A stretch of 64,000 nt of DNA from a bacterium (GCA_040390065.1 JAZJZE010000001.1:326718-390717); one strand, 5' to 3'. Positions 1 through 10,029 are shown, counted from the stretch's first letter. Notes: generated by a model not told the origin, from the letters alone. A program made the numbers and translations.

Positions 1-102
1 CGCCTCATCGGTTTCAGCGAGCCGAGCAAAGCGATGGCGAGCGGACGCTGCCGCTGCGCTTGCGCGGCCGCCGAGGGAGATCGACGAAGTGCAAGTGATT
101 TG

Positions 103-558
103 ATGCAGCCCTCGTGGGCCGGCCGAATCCGACTTCGAACCCGGTGGGGCGTCGTGATTCTTCCAGCGTTGGTCGTTGTGCTCGGCCTGGTCGTGCTCGT
201 GGTGAGGCCAGGCGCGGCGGCGCTGCAGTTGATGGCAATGGACCTGGTCGTCGCCGGCCTGTTCGTCTTCCTCATGTGGTGGAAGGGCTCGGCGCGCATC
301 CAATTGGACGCGTCAGGCATTCTCCGTTCGCAGTGGCTTCGTCGCGACCAGTTGATTCCGTGGACAAGCGTCGCGCGCATCGAGCCGATACTGATGCGAG
401 GCATCTACCTCAACCTCACATTCCATGGCCAGAATCCGCCCGTGTCGCTGAATGTTCCGTTCTTCCGTTGCTCGCTAGCTGATCGGCAGCGCCTGCTTCA
501 GGCTTGTGAGGAGAAGGGCTTGGCCGAGCGCTTCGACGAGTGGAACATCCGCTTCTGA
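103..558 (+). CDS. Membrane protein, two TM helices plus bacterial PH-like C-terminal domain
   Basis: Two hydrophobic helices then 'IQLDASGI...IPWTSVARI'; ATG 103 preferred (ORF open from 34). Confidence 0.6.
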   Translation: MQPSWAGRIRLRTRWGVVILPALVVVLGLVVLVVRPGAAALQLMAMDLVVAGLFVFLMWWKGSARIQLDASGILRSQWLRRDQLIPWTSVARIEPILMRGIYLNLTFHGQNPPVSLNVPFFRCSLADRQRLLQACEEKGLAERFDEWNIRF

Positions 559-790
559 CTGTTCCAGAGCGGGCAGGCGGCGGGCATTTGGGGCCGTGCC
601 GCATCGCCCGTATGCTCGTCGGCTCCACGCGATGCGTGATGGCCTAGTTGTCGCAGAGGTCCGCGAAAACAGGAAATTTTACCCACCTCCCCGACGGGGA
701 AGTCGTCTCCTTCGTCGTGGAGCTCACGAGCATACCAACGGGGCGAAGTTCCCTCCATCCAGCCGCCCGCGTTCCTCTCCCAGAAGTCTT

Positions 791-1021
791 ATGCCCGTGC
801 AAGCCGAATCCAAGGGCGTGCACTTGAAGGTCGTCCTGGAGCCGAGTGAGGAGGGTGGCTACACCGTCACCGTCCCTGCCCTTCCAGGATGCATCAGTGA
901 AGGAAACACGAAAGCGGCGGCCCTGCGCAACATCAAGCAAGCCGTCGCGCTATACCTCCAAGACGTCCCTGCAGACGCGAACCATTCGCGCAGGGCCGTC
1001 ATCGAGGAGATTGTCGTTTGA
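791..1021 (+). CDS. hicB: HicB family antitoxin (short form)
   Basis: 'VVLEPSEEGGYTVTVPALPGCISEGNTKAAALRNIKQAVALYL' is a typical HicB motif; stop overlaps the hicA start. Confidence 0.9.
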   Translation: MPVQAESKGVHLKVVLEPSEEGGYTVTVPALPGCISEGNTKAAALRNIKQAVALYLQDVPADANHSRRAVIEEIVV

Positions 1022-1323
1022 AGGTCCCGTCCCTGGATTACGACCGTCTGGTCCGGGCGCTGCAGCGTGATGGATGGGTCGTCGTCCGGCAACGCGGCAG
1101 CCACATCCGGATGCAACGGCAGCTTGGCGATGACGTGCAGAAGTTGACCGTGCCGGCGCACAAGCCTTTGAAGCGGTCGACGCTTGCTGCAATACTCAAG
1201 GCGGCGGACTTGGGTGTCGAGCGCCTTCGCGGATTGCTCCGAATCGGTGCGTTTCTGGCTCACGACTTCTTCTTGAACCGCGCCGCGTCCTCGCTCCCTT
1301 TCGTCGCATTTCCCGCACTGTAG
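1018..1323 (+). CDS. hicA: HicA family toxin with an atypical C-terminal extension
   Basis: 'LQRDGWVVVRQRGSHIRM...TVPAHKPLKRSTLAAILK' with the GSH motif; TTG start. Confidence 0.9.
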   Translation: MKVPSLDYDRLVRALQRDGWVVVRQRGSHIRMQRQLGDDVQKLTVPAHKPLKRSTLAAILKAADLGVERLRGLLRIGAFLAHDFFLNRAASSLPFVAFPAL

Positions 1324-2465
1324 GCGTGCGCCCCTGCGCCCGCGAGCCTTCCCTTGTCAACGATGAGATATTCCGTGCGGATGGGCTTTTTCGCGAACCA
1401 ACACTCGAGGATCTCCCGCACGCCGTCGGAGTAGCGCGTCTGCGCCGACAGGCTCGTGCCTGAGACGTGTGGCGTCATGCCGTGGTGTGGCATCGTGCGC
1501 CATGGGTGGTCCTGCGGCGCCGGCTGCGGGAACCAGACGTCGCCGGCGTACCCTGCGAGTTGTCCCGACTTGAGCGCGGCGGCCACGGCGTCCCTGTTTG
1601 CGATCTTTCCCCGCGCCGTGTTGACGAGGTAAGCGCCGCGCTTCATCTTCTTGATCATCTTGGCGTCGAAGAGGTTCTCCGTCTCGGGGTGCAGTGGCGT
1701 GTTGATGGTGATGACGTCGCAGACGGCCACCATGTCGGCCACGGATTCGTGGTACGTCAGACCCAATTCCTTCTCCACGGCCGGCGGCAGGCGGTGCCGC
1801 TCGGTGTAATGGAGTCCGACGTCGAAGGGCTTGAGTCGCCGCAGCACCGCAGAACCGATGCGGCCGGCGCCCACCGTGCCAATCTGCATCCCCTCCACGT
1901 CGTACGACCGCGAGACAGCATCGGCGATGTTCCAACCGCCGTCGACCACGATCTTGTACGACGGGATGTAGTCGCGCACGAGGGCGAGGATCATCATGAC
2001 TACGTGCTCGGCAACGCTGATGCTGTTGCTGTAGCTCACCTCGGCGACCGTGACGCCGCGGCCCGCCGCTGCCTGCAAGTCCGTGTGGTCGGAGCCGATG
2101 CCGGCCGTGATCACGAGCTTCAGTTTCTTCGCCTTGGCAAAACGCTCCGCCGTCATGTACGCCGGCCAGAACGGCTGCGAGATCACGACGTCCGCGTCCA
2201 CGAGTTCCTTGTCGAAGCGCGAACCGACGCCGTCCTTGTCCGACGTCACGACCAACTTGTGGCCCGCTTTCTCCAGGTATTTTCGTAGTCCGAGAGCGCC
2301 GGACACGCAACCCAGGAGGTCACCCGGATTGAAGTCCCGGCCCTTTGGCGACGGCGTCTTCGCGCCGCCCGGATACGACTTGATCTCGGGAATGCCATCG
2401 CGGGCATACTGTGGCGGATAGCCGGCCACCGGGTCATCGTACAGCACGCAGAGAATCTTGGCCAT
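1260..2465 (-). CDS. fdh: NAD(P)-dependent, metal-independent formate dehydrogenase
   Basis: MAKILCVLYDDP start; SQPFWPAY, TAGIGSDH, GAGRIG, NTARG, GDVWFPQP and TPHVSGTS motifs; GGAGG RBS; 401 aa. Confidence 0.95.
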   Translation of the reverse strand: MAKILCVLYDDPVAGYPPQYARDGIPEIKSYPGGAKTPSPKGRDFNPGDLLGCVSGALGLRKYLEKAGHKLVVTSDKDGVGSRFDKELVDADVVISQPFWPAYMTAERFAKAKKLKLVITAGIGSDHTDLQAAAGRGVTVAEVSYSNSISVAEHVVMMILALVRDYIPSYKIVVDGGWNIADAVSRSYDVEGMQIGTVGAGRIGSAVLRRLKPFDVGLHYTERHRLPPAVEKELGLTYHESVADMVAVCDVITINTPLHPETENLFDAKMIKKMKRGAYLVNTARGKIANRDAVAAALKSGQLAGYAGDVWFPQPAPQDHPWRTMPHHGMTPHVSGTSLSAQTRYSDGVREILECWFAKKPIRTEYLIVDKGRLAGAGAHAYSAGNATKGSEDAARFKKKS

Positions 2466-2715
2466 CGCTTGTCCTCCGACCTGGCCCGATTCGGCGTGGC
2501 GTTGAAGGGCTTTGGGGGCCGACCGGGCCTGCCATGACGGTCGGACTCCGTGCTGGACGGCCATGGCCGGCCAAGCACGTCCATGGACGTCTTGACAGGA
2601 AATGACCCCTCCCCCGCCTCCAGCTTGTCCTCTTGAGCACCCCGCCAGGACCCAAATTTCCGATGGAAACCGCTAAGACCTACCTGCCCCCGTTGGCGGG
2701 TTCTGGAGCCTTGCA

Positions 2716-3948
2716 ATGGCCATCGATTCAGGCGACACCGCGTTCATGCTGGTCGCCACCGCTCTCGTCATGCTCATGACCGCCGGTTTGGCGTTCTTCT
2801 ACGGTGGCCTCGTGCGCTCGAAGAACGTGCTCACCATCAAGATGCAGAGCTTTGCCGCTCTCGGCGTCGTGGGGGCCGTCTGGGCGCTCATCGGTTACAC
2901 GTTGGCGTTCGGTCCGGACTGGCACGGCCTCATCGGCGGTTTGCAGTTCGCGGGCTTGCGCGACGTCGGCATGGAGCCGGGCCCGATGTTTGGCCCCGGG
3001 GTTCCAGGGTCGACGATTCCGCACGAGATTTTCATGGCGTTCCAGATGATGTTCGCCATCATCACGCCAGCGCTCATCTCCGGTGCCTTCGCCTACCGCA
3101 TGAAGTTCTCCAGCTACATCGCCTTCGCCGTGGTTTGGCTTCTCCTCGTCTACGTGCCGCTTGCGCACTGGATCTGGGGCGGCGGCTGGCTGGCGCAGCA
3201 GGGCGTCATCGACTTTGCTGGCGGCTACGTCGTGCACATGAGTGCCGGCTTCGCGGCGCTTGCGTGCGTCTTCGTTTTCCGGCCACGCAACATCCCGGCC
3301 GGCGAGAACGCCGCGCCGCACAACGTGCCGTTCGTGGCTCTCGGTGCCGGCCTCCTGTGGTTCGGCTGGTTCGGCTTCAACGCGGGGTCTGCGCTTGCGG
3401 CCAACGGCATCGCAGCGAACGCCTTCGTCACCACCATGCTGGGCGGCTCCTTTGGGATGCTCTCGTGGATGGCGCTCAACTGGTGGGTCGACGGCAAGCC
3501 CAGCGCCTCCGGCGCCGTGACTGGTGCCGTTGCGGGCCTTGCTACCATCACTCCGGCAAGCGGCTACGTCGCGCCGTGGGCGGCAATGGTCATCGGCGTT
3601 CTTGCCGGCAGCATCTGCCTTGCCGCCACGAAGTTCCGCGGCCGCCGCAAGTGGGACGATGCATTGGACGTGTGGGCCTGCCATGGTGTGGGCGGCACGA
3701 TTGGCGTCATCGCGACGGGTGTCTTTGCTTCGGGCGCAATCAATGGCCAAGTCGGGTTGCTCGAGGGGGGGACGAAATTGCTCCTCGTGCAAGTCGGGGC
3801 TGCCCTGTTCGTCGCGGCGTACTCGTTCTGGGTCACGTACTTGGTGCTGCACGTCATGAAGCTCATCCGCCCCATCCAGGCGTCGGAGGCCGAGGAGATG
3901 GGCAGCCGCGACATGCAGGAACACGCAGAGGCGGCATACCAGTTCTGA
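2716..3948 (+). CDS. amtB: Ammonium transporter (Amt family)
   Basis: FFYGGLVR, FQMMFAIITPALISGA, DFAGGYVVH, LWFGWFGFNAGS and DDALDVWACHG motifs. Confidence 0.97.
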   Translation: MAIDSGDTAFMLVATALVMLMTAGLAFFYGGLVRSKNVLTIKMQSFAALGVVGAVWALIGYTLAFGPDWHGLIGGLQFAGLRDVGMEPGPMFGPGVPGSTIPHEIFMAFQMMFAIITPALISGAFAYRMKFSSYIAFAVVWLLLVYVPLAHWIWGGGWLAQQGVIDFAGGYVVHMSAGFAALACVFVFRPRNIPAGENAAPHNVPFVALGAGLLWFGWFGFNAGSALAANGIAANAFVTTMLGGSFGMLSWMALNWWVDGKPSASGAVTGAVAGLATITPASGYVAPWAAMVIGVLAGSICLAATKFRGRRKWDDALDVWACHGVGGTIGVIATGVFASGAINGQVGLLEGGTKLLLVQVGAALFVAAYSFWVTYLVLHVMKLIRPIQASEAEEMGSRDMQEHAEAAYQF

Positions 3949-3982
3949 CGCCGCCGCAGCGCTGCGTATCGCGCGGTGGCCG

Positions 3983-5956
3983 TCACGACCCGAGCGTTTG
4001 CCGCCAGATCGTGTACGCCTCGGCGAGTAGGCCGTGGCCCTGCGACCTGGACCACACCCGCACGTATTGGTGGCCGTCTAGTCCTGCGCCATCGCCGCGC
4101 ACGACGACCCAGTCCGTCCTCTCGAGGCCCGTCGCCTGCGGCTCGTAGAGCACGGTGTGGTTGCGTTGGGTGCCGTCGTGCGTGATGGCGAAATAGTAGC
4201 GGTACACGTCGTTGTCGCCGACGAAGGTGAGCGAGTCGCCGTCGTGCACCATGGGCCCGAGGGCATCGGCGACCTCGGTGTTGAGCGGCCGGTTCGGCAG
4301 CGTGTAGTACACGGATCCGACGAGCAGGATGGCGAACGTCATGCCGATTGCGACCCAGGTGGCTTTGCTGCGTGGTGCGTGGCGCATGACCAGCCACGAC
4401 AGGGGGACGATTGCAAACGACACGTAGCGCACGTTGTGGATGAAGAAGTCGCGTTCGTACATCCATAGCGCGGCGTCGATGACGACGGTGAGAAGGAGCG
4501 GTAGGGTGATGGCAAGCCAAAGCCCGGAGTCGTGTTCGGAGGCAAGGCGCGGGATGCGGCGCAGTTGCGGCAGCCAGGGCAGCACCGCCATGAAGACGAG
4601 GTACCCGAGGCCGAACATGACGATGAAGGAATAGACCGTCATGCGCAGCCACAGTGTCGGATGGGCAAACGCGTTGGCGTACGCGGCGTCGAGGTGTGTG
4701 CTCGTGCTGAGGGATGCAAACAGTTCCCAGTTGCGCCATGCCCAGGCCGCGACCATGGCCGCGAAGATGGCAATGGCCCCGATGTAGGCCGGGTCACGCA
4801 GGACCTTCCATCCTTTCCAGTACAGGCGCCAGGCGAGGCCGCCGAGTCCGGCGACGATGAAGAAGTAGCCCATGGACGACTTCGTCAGGTATCCGAGCCC
4901 GGCGAAGACGGCGCCCACGATGATGAAGCGCGGCTTCTCCAGGCTCTTGAGGATGGCCCACATGGCCAGGACGAACAGGGCGAGGAGCAGGTTCTCGGCG
5001 TACGCCTTGTTCGTCGTCATGATGAGGACTGGCGACAGGGACACGAGGGCGGCGGCGATGAGCCCCTTCGTCTTGCCGTACAGGTCCTTCGTGCACAGGT
5101 AGGTGACGGCAAGGGCGGCGAATGCGAGCACGAAGGCCGCGAGGCGCGTCGTCGCGACCGAGAACCCGAACACCTTGTAGAAGCCGGCCAAAAGTGCGGG
5201 ATAAAGCGGCGGGAAGTGATGCGAGTACTGCAGCCCGGTGCCCGGGGAGTACACATCGCCCCAAGGCATGAGAAACTCGCCGTTGTGGTTGAGGGCGTCC
5301 GCCATCGCGGCGTACCGGCTTGCGTCCGGTCCGATGGCCCAGGTCCAGATGCCCGGGAGGCGTAGCAGCGCCCCCAAGCCGATGAGTCCCCACAGGACGC
5401 GCGTGTTGCCCCAAAGCCTTCGGTCCGCCCATGACGTGACGGGGCCGCAGAACGGAATCGTGACCCCGGGCGGCACGGAATCAGGCTCCAGGAGGGCATG
5501 CAGGACGAGTCCGCCAAGGATGGCAATCCATGCCCAGGCGAAGCCGAAAGCGGCGCCAATCGCGCTGTTCGCGACCGTGTCGGCGCCAGTCACGGCTGGC
5601 GCAGCCCCAAGCAAGGCGCCGAGGAGGGCCCAGGCAGCCGCCCGCGGCGCAGAGCAGCGAGCGCGCCAGGCCAGAATCGTGGCGAGGCTGACGCCGAGGG
5701 CAGCCGCCAGGTCGCCGACGCCGCCGATGAGGGGAAATGGCGGACCGACCGGGTACGTCATCGGATACCGGATGTGGAACCGCGTCAGGACACCGAACAG
5801 GCCCGGGCCGGCAAGCAGGGCCGTGAAAGCGTGGCGCCAGCGCCCCCCTACGGCGGCGACGCCGAAGACGATGAGGAACGCCAGGAGGAGGATGGTGACG
5901 CTCGAGGCCCAACCGGCCAGCGCGGCAAGCGGGGCCGGCAGCAAGGGCGTCGTCAC
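3983..5956 (-). CDS. GT-C fold glycosyltransferase (GT39/ArnT-PMT-like), multi-pass membrane protein
   Basis: 'PDASRY', 'HFPPLYPALLA', 'AENLL' and 'GLGYLTK' motifs; many TM helices. Confidence 0.8.
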   Translation of the reverse strand: MTTPLLPAPLAALAGWASSVTILLLAFLIVFGVAAVGGRWRHAFTALLAGPGLFGVLTRFHIRYPMTYPVGPPFPLIGGVGDLAAALGVSLATILAWRARCSAPRAAAWALLGALLGAAPAVTGADTVANSAIGAAFGFAWAWIAILGGLVLHALLEPDSVPPGVTIPFCGPVTSWADRRLWGNTRVLWGLIGLGALLRLPGIWTWAIGPDASRYAAMADALNHNGEFLMPWGDVYSPGTGLQYSHHFPPLYPALLAGFYKVFGFSVATTRLAAFVLAFAALAVTYLCTKDLYGKTKGLIAAALVSLSPVLIMTTNKAYAENLLLALFVLAMWAILKSLEKPRFIIVGAVFAGLGYLTKSSMGYFFIVAGLGGLAWRLYWKGWKVLRDPAYIGAIAIFAAMVAAWAWRNWELFASLSTSTHLDAAYANAFAHPTLWLRMTVYSFIVMFGLGYLVFMAVLPWLPQLRRIPRLASEHDSGLWLAITLPLLLTVVIDAALWMYERDFFIHNVRYVSFAIVPLSWLVMRHAPRSKATWVAIGMTFAILLVGSVYYTLPNRPLNTEVADALGPMVHDGDSLTFVGDNDVYRYYFAITHDGTQRNHTVLYEPQATGLERTDWVVVRGDGAGLDGHQYVRVWSRSQGHGLLAEAYTIWRQTLGS

Positions 5957-5982
5957 GTCAAGCGGCCAAATCCGGCCGCGCC

Positions 5983-7293
5983 ATGAGGCTTTCCCACTGG
6001 AAGGCCGCGCGTCGCCAAGCCCTTATGGCGAGCACCCATGGTTTGCCTGTGCCCCTGCGGCTGCTTGTGCGAGGCCAGTGGAGGTCTCGCCGGCGCCGGC
6101 AACTCGCCGTGGGCGCCACCCTCGCCGTCGGCTTGCTTGCCGTGCTCTGTGTCGGCATGCTGCTCGATGGCGCGCGTGAAGCCATCATCCGCCCCGTGCA
6201 TGACACACTCTCGGGGGACGTGCGCGTGACCGCTGGTTCGTCCGACCTCGCCGCAGGTCTTCCTTGGGCGGACGCACGGCCCGTCCAGGCGGAGATCCGA
6301 GTCATCCCCGGGGCTGTTGCCGCCCCTCGTTGGGAGGCCAGCCACGTCACGGCGCGCCAGGACCGCGTCGAGAACTGGACTGCAGGCATCCTCGTCGGCA
6401 TCGACCCGACGATTGTCGAGGAGCAAGCGCCATTGCAAGGTTACCTCGTCTGGGGCACCACGCTTCCGACGGCGCCGCCGATCGACCCTCGCACGCAGTT
6501 GGCGTACGTGCCACTCCTGGTCGGCGAGGAGGCCGCGCGTCGCCTGGACCTGCACCCCGGCCCCGGCGGCGGACCCAACTTCGCGGAAGCCCTGCGCATC
6601 ACGAGCGGCCGCTTCGTGTCGGGAACCAGCGCCCCACCGCTGGACCGGCCCGCCGTCGTCGTCGGCGTCTTCCGCAGCGGCCTCGACGCGCTCGACCGTT
6701 TCGTGGCGTTTGCCCCCATCGGGGATGCGCGTTTCCTGTCCGGCAGGGGAGAGGGCGACCCGTCCGCCAACGCCATCGTCGTGCACGGGGCTTCGCTTGG
6801 GCAGGTTCAGGCCTTGGGGCTTGGCCTCGAGGCGCAGGACGCCGATGGCGTGGCCCGCGTGGCCATGGGCCTAGTCCTCGCGGTCGTCGACGTCGCGGCC
6901 ATCGCTGTGCTGGCGCTCGTGACGGTGTTGCTTGCCGTTCTCCTGGTCCGCGAAGTGAGTCTCCAGGTCGCGCGTGACGCGCCCGCCATCGCGGCGCTGC
7001 GGGCCATCGGCGTTCCGGCGCGCACCATTGCTGGCTCTTACACGGTGCTGGCCGGGCTCACCGTGGCCGGTGCCGTGGCCACTGCGACTCTCGTCGCCAT
7101 CGCCATCGCGTGGTTCGCTCCGTCCATCTCCGTGCTGGGCCACGGCTTGGCCATCCATGTGCCGTGGGTGCTGCGGGCCGCGCCCCTTGTGGCCATGGCT
7201 GTCGCAGCCGTGGCCCTTGCCGTGGCAGCGGCGCTGGCGGCGTCGCGGCGCCTGGCCCGCCTCAATGTGGCCGAAGCCTTGCGCCCGTCGTGA
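5983..7293 (+). CDS. FtsX/LolE/MacB-like ABC permease
   Basis: TM1, large extracytoplasmic domain, 'IAALRAIGVP', C-terminal 'LARLNVAEALR'; start may be ATG 6025. Confidence 0.8.
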   Translation: MRLSHWKAARRQALMASTHGLPVPLRLLVRGQWRSRRRRQLAVGATLAVGLLAVLCVGMLLDGAREAIIRPVHDTLSGDVRVTAGSSDLAAGLPWADARPVQAEIRVIPGAVAAPRWEASHVTARQDRVENWTAGILVGIDPTIVEEQAPLQGYLVWGTTLPTAPPIDPRTQLAYVPLLVGEEAARRLDLHPGPGGGPNFAEALRITSGRFVSGTSAPPLDRPAVVVGVFRSGLDALDRFVAFAPIGDARFLSGRGEGDPSANAIVVHGASLGQVQALGLGLEAQDADGVARVAMGLVLAVVDVAAIAVLALVTVLLAVLLVREVSLQVARDAPAIAALRAIGVPARTIAGSYTVLAGLTVAGAVATATLVAIAIAWFAPSISVLGHGLAIHVPWVLRAAPLVAMAVAAVALAVAAALAASRRLARLNVAEALRPS

Positions 7294-7295
7294 TT

Positions 7296-8834
7296 CTAGA
7301 AGCGGCCCAGGTTGTTGGCGGCGACGAACGCTGCGCCAAGGAACACGGCCGTGGCAGGCATGAGTGTCGCCCCGAGGCCGAGCACAGCGGCGTGGCTGTA
7401 ATCGCCCGAGTAGCTGGTCAATTGCAGGGTCGCTTCGGAGCGCAACGACACCACGGCGTCGTTCGGGTAGTGCACGATGTGGGCGCCGGCGCTTCCCAAG
7501 GCCGCCGTGAGCGCCGTCTGCACCTGGGGGTAGTCTGCCAGGCGGAACGTCTGCGTCATCGTGCCCTGCTCGTAGACCGGCAGGTAGCTGGCGGCGTCGA
7601 GCCAGTACGTGAAGTCGAAGGAGAAGCCCTCCGGGTTGAACATCCAGTGCGCCGTCATGTGGTCGGCCATGCGCAGGGTGGAGCGCGTCTCCGTGCCCAC
7701 GGTGCGCGGCTCGATGGCCAAGACTTGGCTCGCGTAGGTGACGCTGCCGAACGGACTGCCGATGGCCAAGTGGAATTCGTCGCCGGGGATGAGGTCCATG
7801 GCCCACAGGCGCTGCACGAAGGACAAGATGGCGGCGTCCGGCTGGCGGCCGGCCGCAACGGTCTCGGTGTGCTCGGGCAGGTCCCTGCTGAAGGAGATGG
7901 TCGGCGGCAGTTCGGACCCCGGAGGCAGGCCGTGCGACGAGAAGGTGCCGTCGAAGGCGACGGACCCAGCGACGGCGGCCTTGTTGATCTGGCGCGAGCC
8001 GTCGAAGGAGAGCGTGACGTGCCCACCGAGGTTGGCCTGCACGTCGCCTGCGAGGCCGATGTCGCGCGAGTCGTTGCCGACGGAGGCGCGCACGCCGAGG
8101 TCGAACTTGGCGTGGTCGGTGAGCGAGGGCAACGCGTACGTGAGTTCGGTGCCCGAGGCCGGGGCCGTGGTCTTTGCCTGGACGGTCGCATCAAGCGTGT
8201 TCGTCAGGTTGAGGTCAAAGGATTGGACGGTCGTCGTCGTGCTACTGCGGTGGCAGCCGGAGGCGTCGCAATAGGTGGGGCCGTCGGCCATGACTGACAA
8301 GTCGTGCAGGTGGAGGTCCACGCCGCCGCCGGTGTGGATGCTCCAGCTTGCCAGGCCGGGATGGGCGGTCGCGACGGGGATCGGGTACCCTTCGCTCTTG
8401 AGCCAAGCGCGGTCGTTGCCGGAGCGCACTGATACTTGCTGCCCTGCACGTTCGACCGTCATGCCGGACAGGACGTCCATGGCCGGGTCGACCGGGTCGA
8501 TCTTGACGACGTCGCCGGCGTGCAGTTGGGTCTGCGTGGTGAACGCGGACAGCGGCGTCGTGTGCTGCAGGCCGCCGACGGCTTGGTAACGCACGGTCGT
8601 CCCGGCAACGTCCAGCGTTGCGCCGGAGTGGGTGTACTCGAAGAACGTGTGCCCGTACTTCGCCATGGCGCCGTCGATGCTCGTCGGGGCATTCGACAAG
8701 TCGGTGACGTTGATGGACACGTGGCGGGTCAGCGCGTGCGTCGTGGCAGGCGACACGCTGGACTGCGAGGCGCAGCCGGACAGGAGAATGGAGGCCACGG
8801 CGACGATGGCGAACGAGGCCTTGCGGGGCGACAT
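7296..8834 (-). CDS. Lipoprotein of unknown function with a C-terminal hydrophobic segment
   Basis: Lipobox LSGC; beta-rich body; ends AAVLGLGATLMPATAVFLGAAFVAANNLGRF. Confidence 0.7.
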   Translation of the reverse strand: MSPRKASFAIVAVASILLSGCASQSSVSPATTHALTRHVSINVTDLSNAPTSIDGAMAKYGHTFFEYTHSGATLDVAGTTVRYQAVGGLQHTTPLSAFTTQTQLHAGDVVKIDPVDPAMDVLSGMTVERAGQQVSVRSGNDRAWLKSEGYPIPVATAHPGLASWSIHTGGGVDLHLHDLSVMADGPTYCDASGCHRSSTTTTVQSFDLNLTNTLDATVQAKTTAPASGTELTYALPSLTDHAKFDLGVRASVGNDSRDIGLAGDVQANLGGHVTLSFDGSRQINKAAVAGSVAFDGTFSSHGLPPGSELPPTISFSRDLPEHTETVAAGRQPDAAILSFVQRLWAMDLIPGDEFHLAIGSPFGSVTYASQVLAIEPRTVGTETRSTLRMADHMTAHWMFNPEGFSFDFTYWLDAASYLPVYEQGTMTQTFRLADYPQVQTALTAALGSAGAHIVHYPNDAVVSLRSEATLQLTSYSGDYSHAAVLGLGATLMPATAVFLGAAFVAANNLGRF

Positions 8835-8892
8835 ACCTGTCCCACTTCTGGACTCCTATTTGGCCTTTGGCGCCTTCTGCCTCCAGGGCGAA

Positions 8893-9834
8893 TCAAGGCT
8901 GGACGATGGTTTGCAGTGTGGCCCATGGCGCACCTGCGACGTACATCGCGAGGTCGTGGGGCCCGCCGGAGTTTGGCGTCCAGGTGAAGCGGTACGCGCC
9001 GGCAGCCCCCCCATCGCCCACGGCGAGTTCGCGGCCGTCGACCCGGATGCGCACACTCTCGGCACCCGGCACCGGGGCGCCGTTGTACGGCCGCACGAAC
9101 CATTCGAGTTGGGCCGCCTTGCCGGCCGCGAGGTTGGCCGGCCATTGCAGGCTGTGGCGGAAATCGCCGACGCGGACGTTGCGGGCCACGTCGAGCGGGA
9201 ACGCCGCGGCATCCTCGCCGGACAACGTCAGTTTGACCAGGCTGGTCGCATTGATGGTCACCGGCGCCACGGCCATGCGGTCGAAGGGGAATGGATTCGG
9301 GACACCGCCCGGCAGGCGGGGCGCGTCGACGGCGGGGCCGCGCGCGATGGCATGCACGACGTCCATGCCCTGCACGACCTGGCCCCACACGGAGAAGTTC
9401 CCGTCGAGGTGGCTGGTCGCGAAATCCATGATGAAGATCTCGGGCCCCCCGGAGTTTGGATCCACGTCGCGTGCGATGCCGGCCGCTCCGGCCGAGAAAT
9501 GGTATCCCGCATCCGTCTCGAGGGGCACGCGGCGCGCATCCTCGCCGACGGCGCCACCCGCCGCGTTCGTGACCTGGATGACGTGGCCCGGCACGGTACG
9601 ATAGAAGGCACGGCCGTCGTAGTACCCTTCGCCGACGTAGGCCTTCATGAGCGCCGTGGTGTTGGGCGCCGCCTCCGGATACAGCATGACGACGATGGGG
9701 CCCGCCGTCGTGTCGAAGCGGATGGCTTCACGGGTCACGCTCGGGAGTGGCTGCGCCGGCGCCGTCGGGTGGTCGGTGCCTCCAACGCATCCGGCCAAGA
9801 GCAGGACCGCGACCAGCAACGGAGCGCCGCGCAT
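8893..9834 (-). CDS. Cyclophilin-type peptidyl-prolyl isomerase, lipoprotein
   Basis: Lipobox LAGC; 'LYPEAAPNT', 'YYDGRAFYRTVPG', 'HLDGNFSVWGQVVQGMDVVHAI'. Confidence 0.88.
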   Translation of the reverse strand: MRGAPLLVAVLLLAGCVGGTDHPTAPAQPLPSVTREAIRFDTTAGPIVVMLYPEAAPNTTALMKAYVGEGYYDGRAFYRTVPGHVIQVTNAAGGAVGEDARRVPLETDAGYHFSAGAAGIARDVDPNSGGPEIFIMDFATSHLDGNFSVWGQVVQGMDVVHAIARGPAVDAPRLPGGVPNPFPFDRMAVAPVTINATSLVKLTLSGEDAAAFPLDVARNVRVGDFRHSLQWPANLAAGKAAQLEWFVRPYNGAPVPGAESVRIRVDGRELAVGDGGAAGAYRFTWTPNSGGPHDLAMYVAGAPWATLQTIVQP

Positions 9835-10029
9835 GCTTCACTTGCCGCCGAAGGCCAGCTTGTAGAGAAGTTGGAATTGGGCCCACGTGGTCTGCGGATT
9901 CGTCCCCGACGACTCGATCTCGACGTCCCCTGATTTCAGGCGGACCTTCCAGGGGCCCGCTTCGGGTGCCTTTTCGGCCATGCGCGAACCAGCCTGGGGC
10001 TTGGCTTGAAGGCTTCGACGGCGGGGAGG

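Noticed and set aside
2657-2669. NrpR operator upstream of amt
   Set aside because: Orientation and spacing (TTCC-N3-GGAA) do not match GGAA-N6-TTCC
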